A DNA stretch of 36,993 nucleotides. It comes from Candidatus Krumholzibacteriia bacterium (GTDB lineage: Bacteria; Krumholzibacteriota; Krumholzibacteriia; LZORAL124-64-63). Location of the stretch: contig JAWOID010000088.1 in NCBI GenBank assembly GCA_046484865.1, forward strand, positions 1 through 36,993, given 5' to 3'. Both the position numbers and the translations under genes were made by a program. This document shows, in pieces, positions 36,942-36,993 of this stretch (positions are counted from its first letter, which is position 1; the number at the start of each line of letters is the position of its first letter). The notes beneath the pieces were generated by a model that saw nothing but the letters and a program-made list of their open reading frames with translations, ran no database searches and was not told the DNA's origin.

Positions 36942-36993
36942 ATGACCATGTTCTCGATGAAGCCGAAATTCGATCTCGCCGCTTTCCTTGCCG
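36942..36993 (+). CDS. Possible start of a gene running off the window edge (MTMFSMKPKFDLAAFLA...)
   Basis: ATG 36942 preceded by GAAAGG, open to the window end. Too short to identify. Confidence 0.35.
   Translation, partial: MTMFSMKPKFDLAAFLA

Overview
High-GC bacterial window. Two secreted proteases end in PNPFNP/FlgD-Ig-like tails, which suggests an FCB-group lineage such as Krumholzibacteriota, Latescibacterota or Eisenbacteria (inference). Left to right it holds: a MacAB-TolC-type efflux operon behind a sigma54/IHF/enhancer-like promoter; DUF1579; an exported MsrB; an Omp85 barrel paired with an exported atypical-kinase-like protein; DUF4197; a C10 peptidase; a decayed mobile island (large serine recombinase remnant, iteron-like ori region, intact AbiEi/AbiEii-type TA pair, truncated transglutaminase); qmoAB with a divergently transcribed qmoC and no apr/sat neighbours; a minus-strand gene run of OM barrel, ECF sigma, dockerin-bearing anti-sigma, cohesin-like protein, VIT-vWA lipoprotein and a small exported protein; an S8/FG-GAP/ASPIC peptidase; DUF4410; an OM barrel; and a truncated Ig-domain gene joined head-to-head to an alphaproteobacterial-looking moaA tail (probable chimera). 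The best candidate for an undescribed system is the ECF sigma/dockerin anti-sigma/cohesin-like/VIT-vWA module. All family calls come from motif recognition by eye; no database searches were run.
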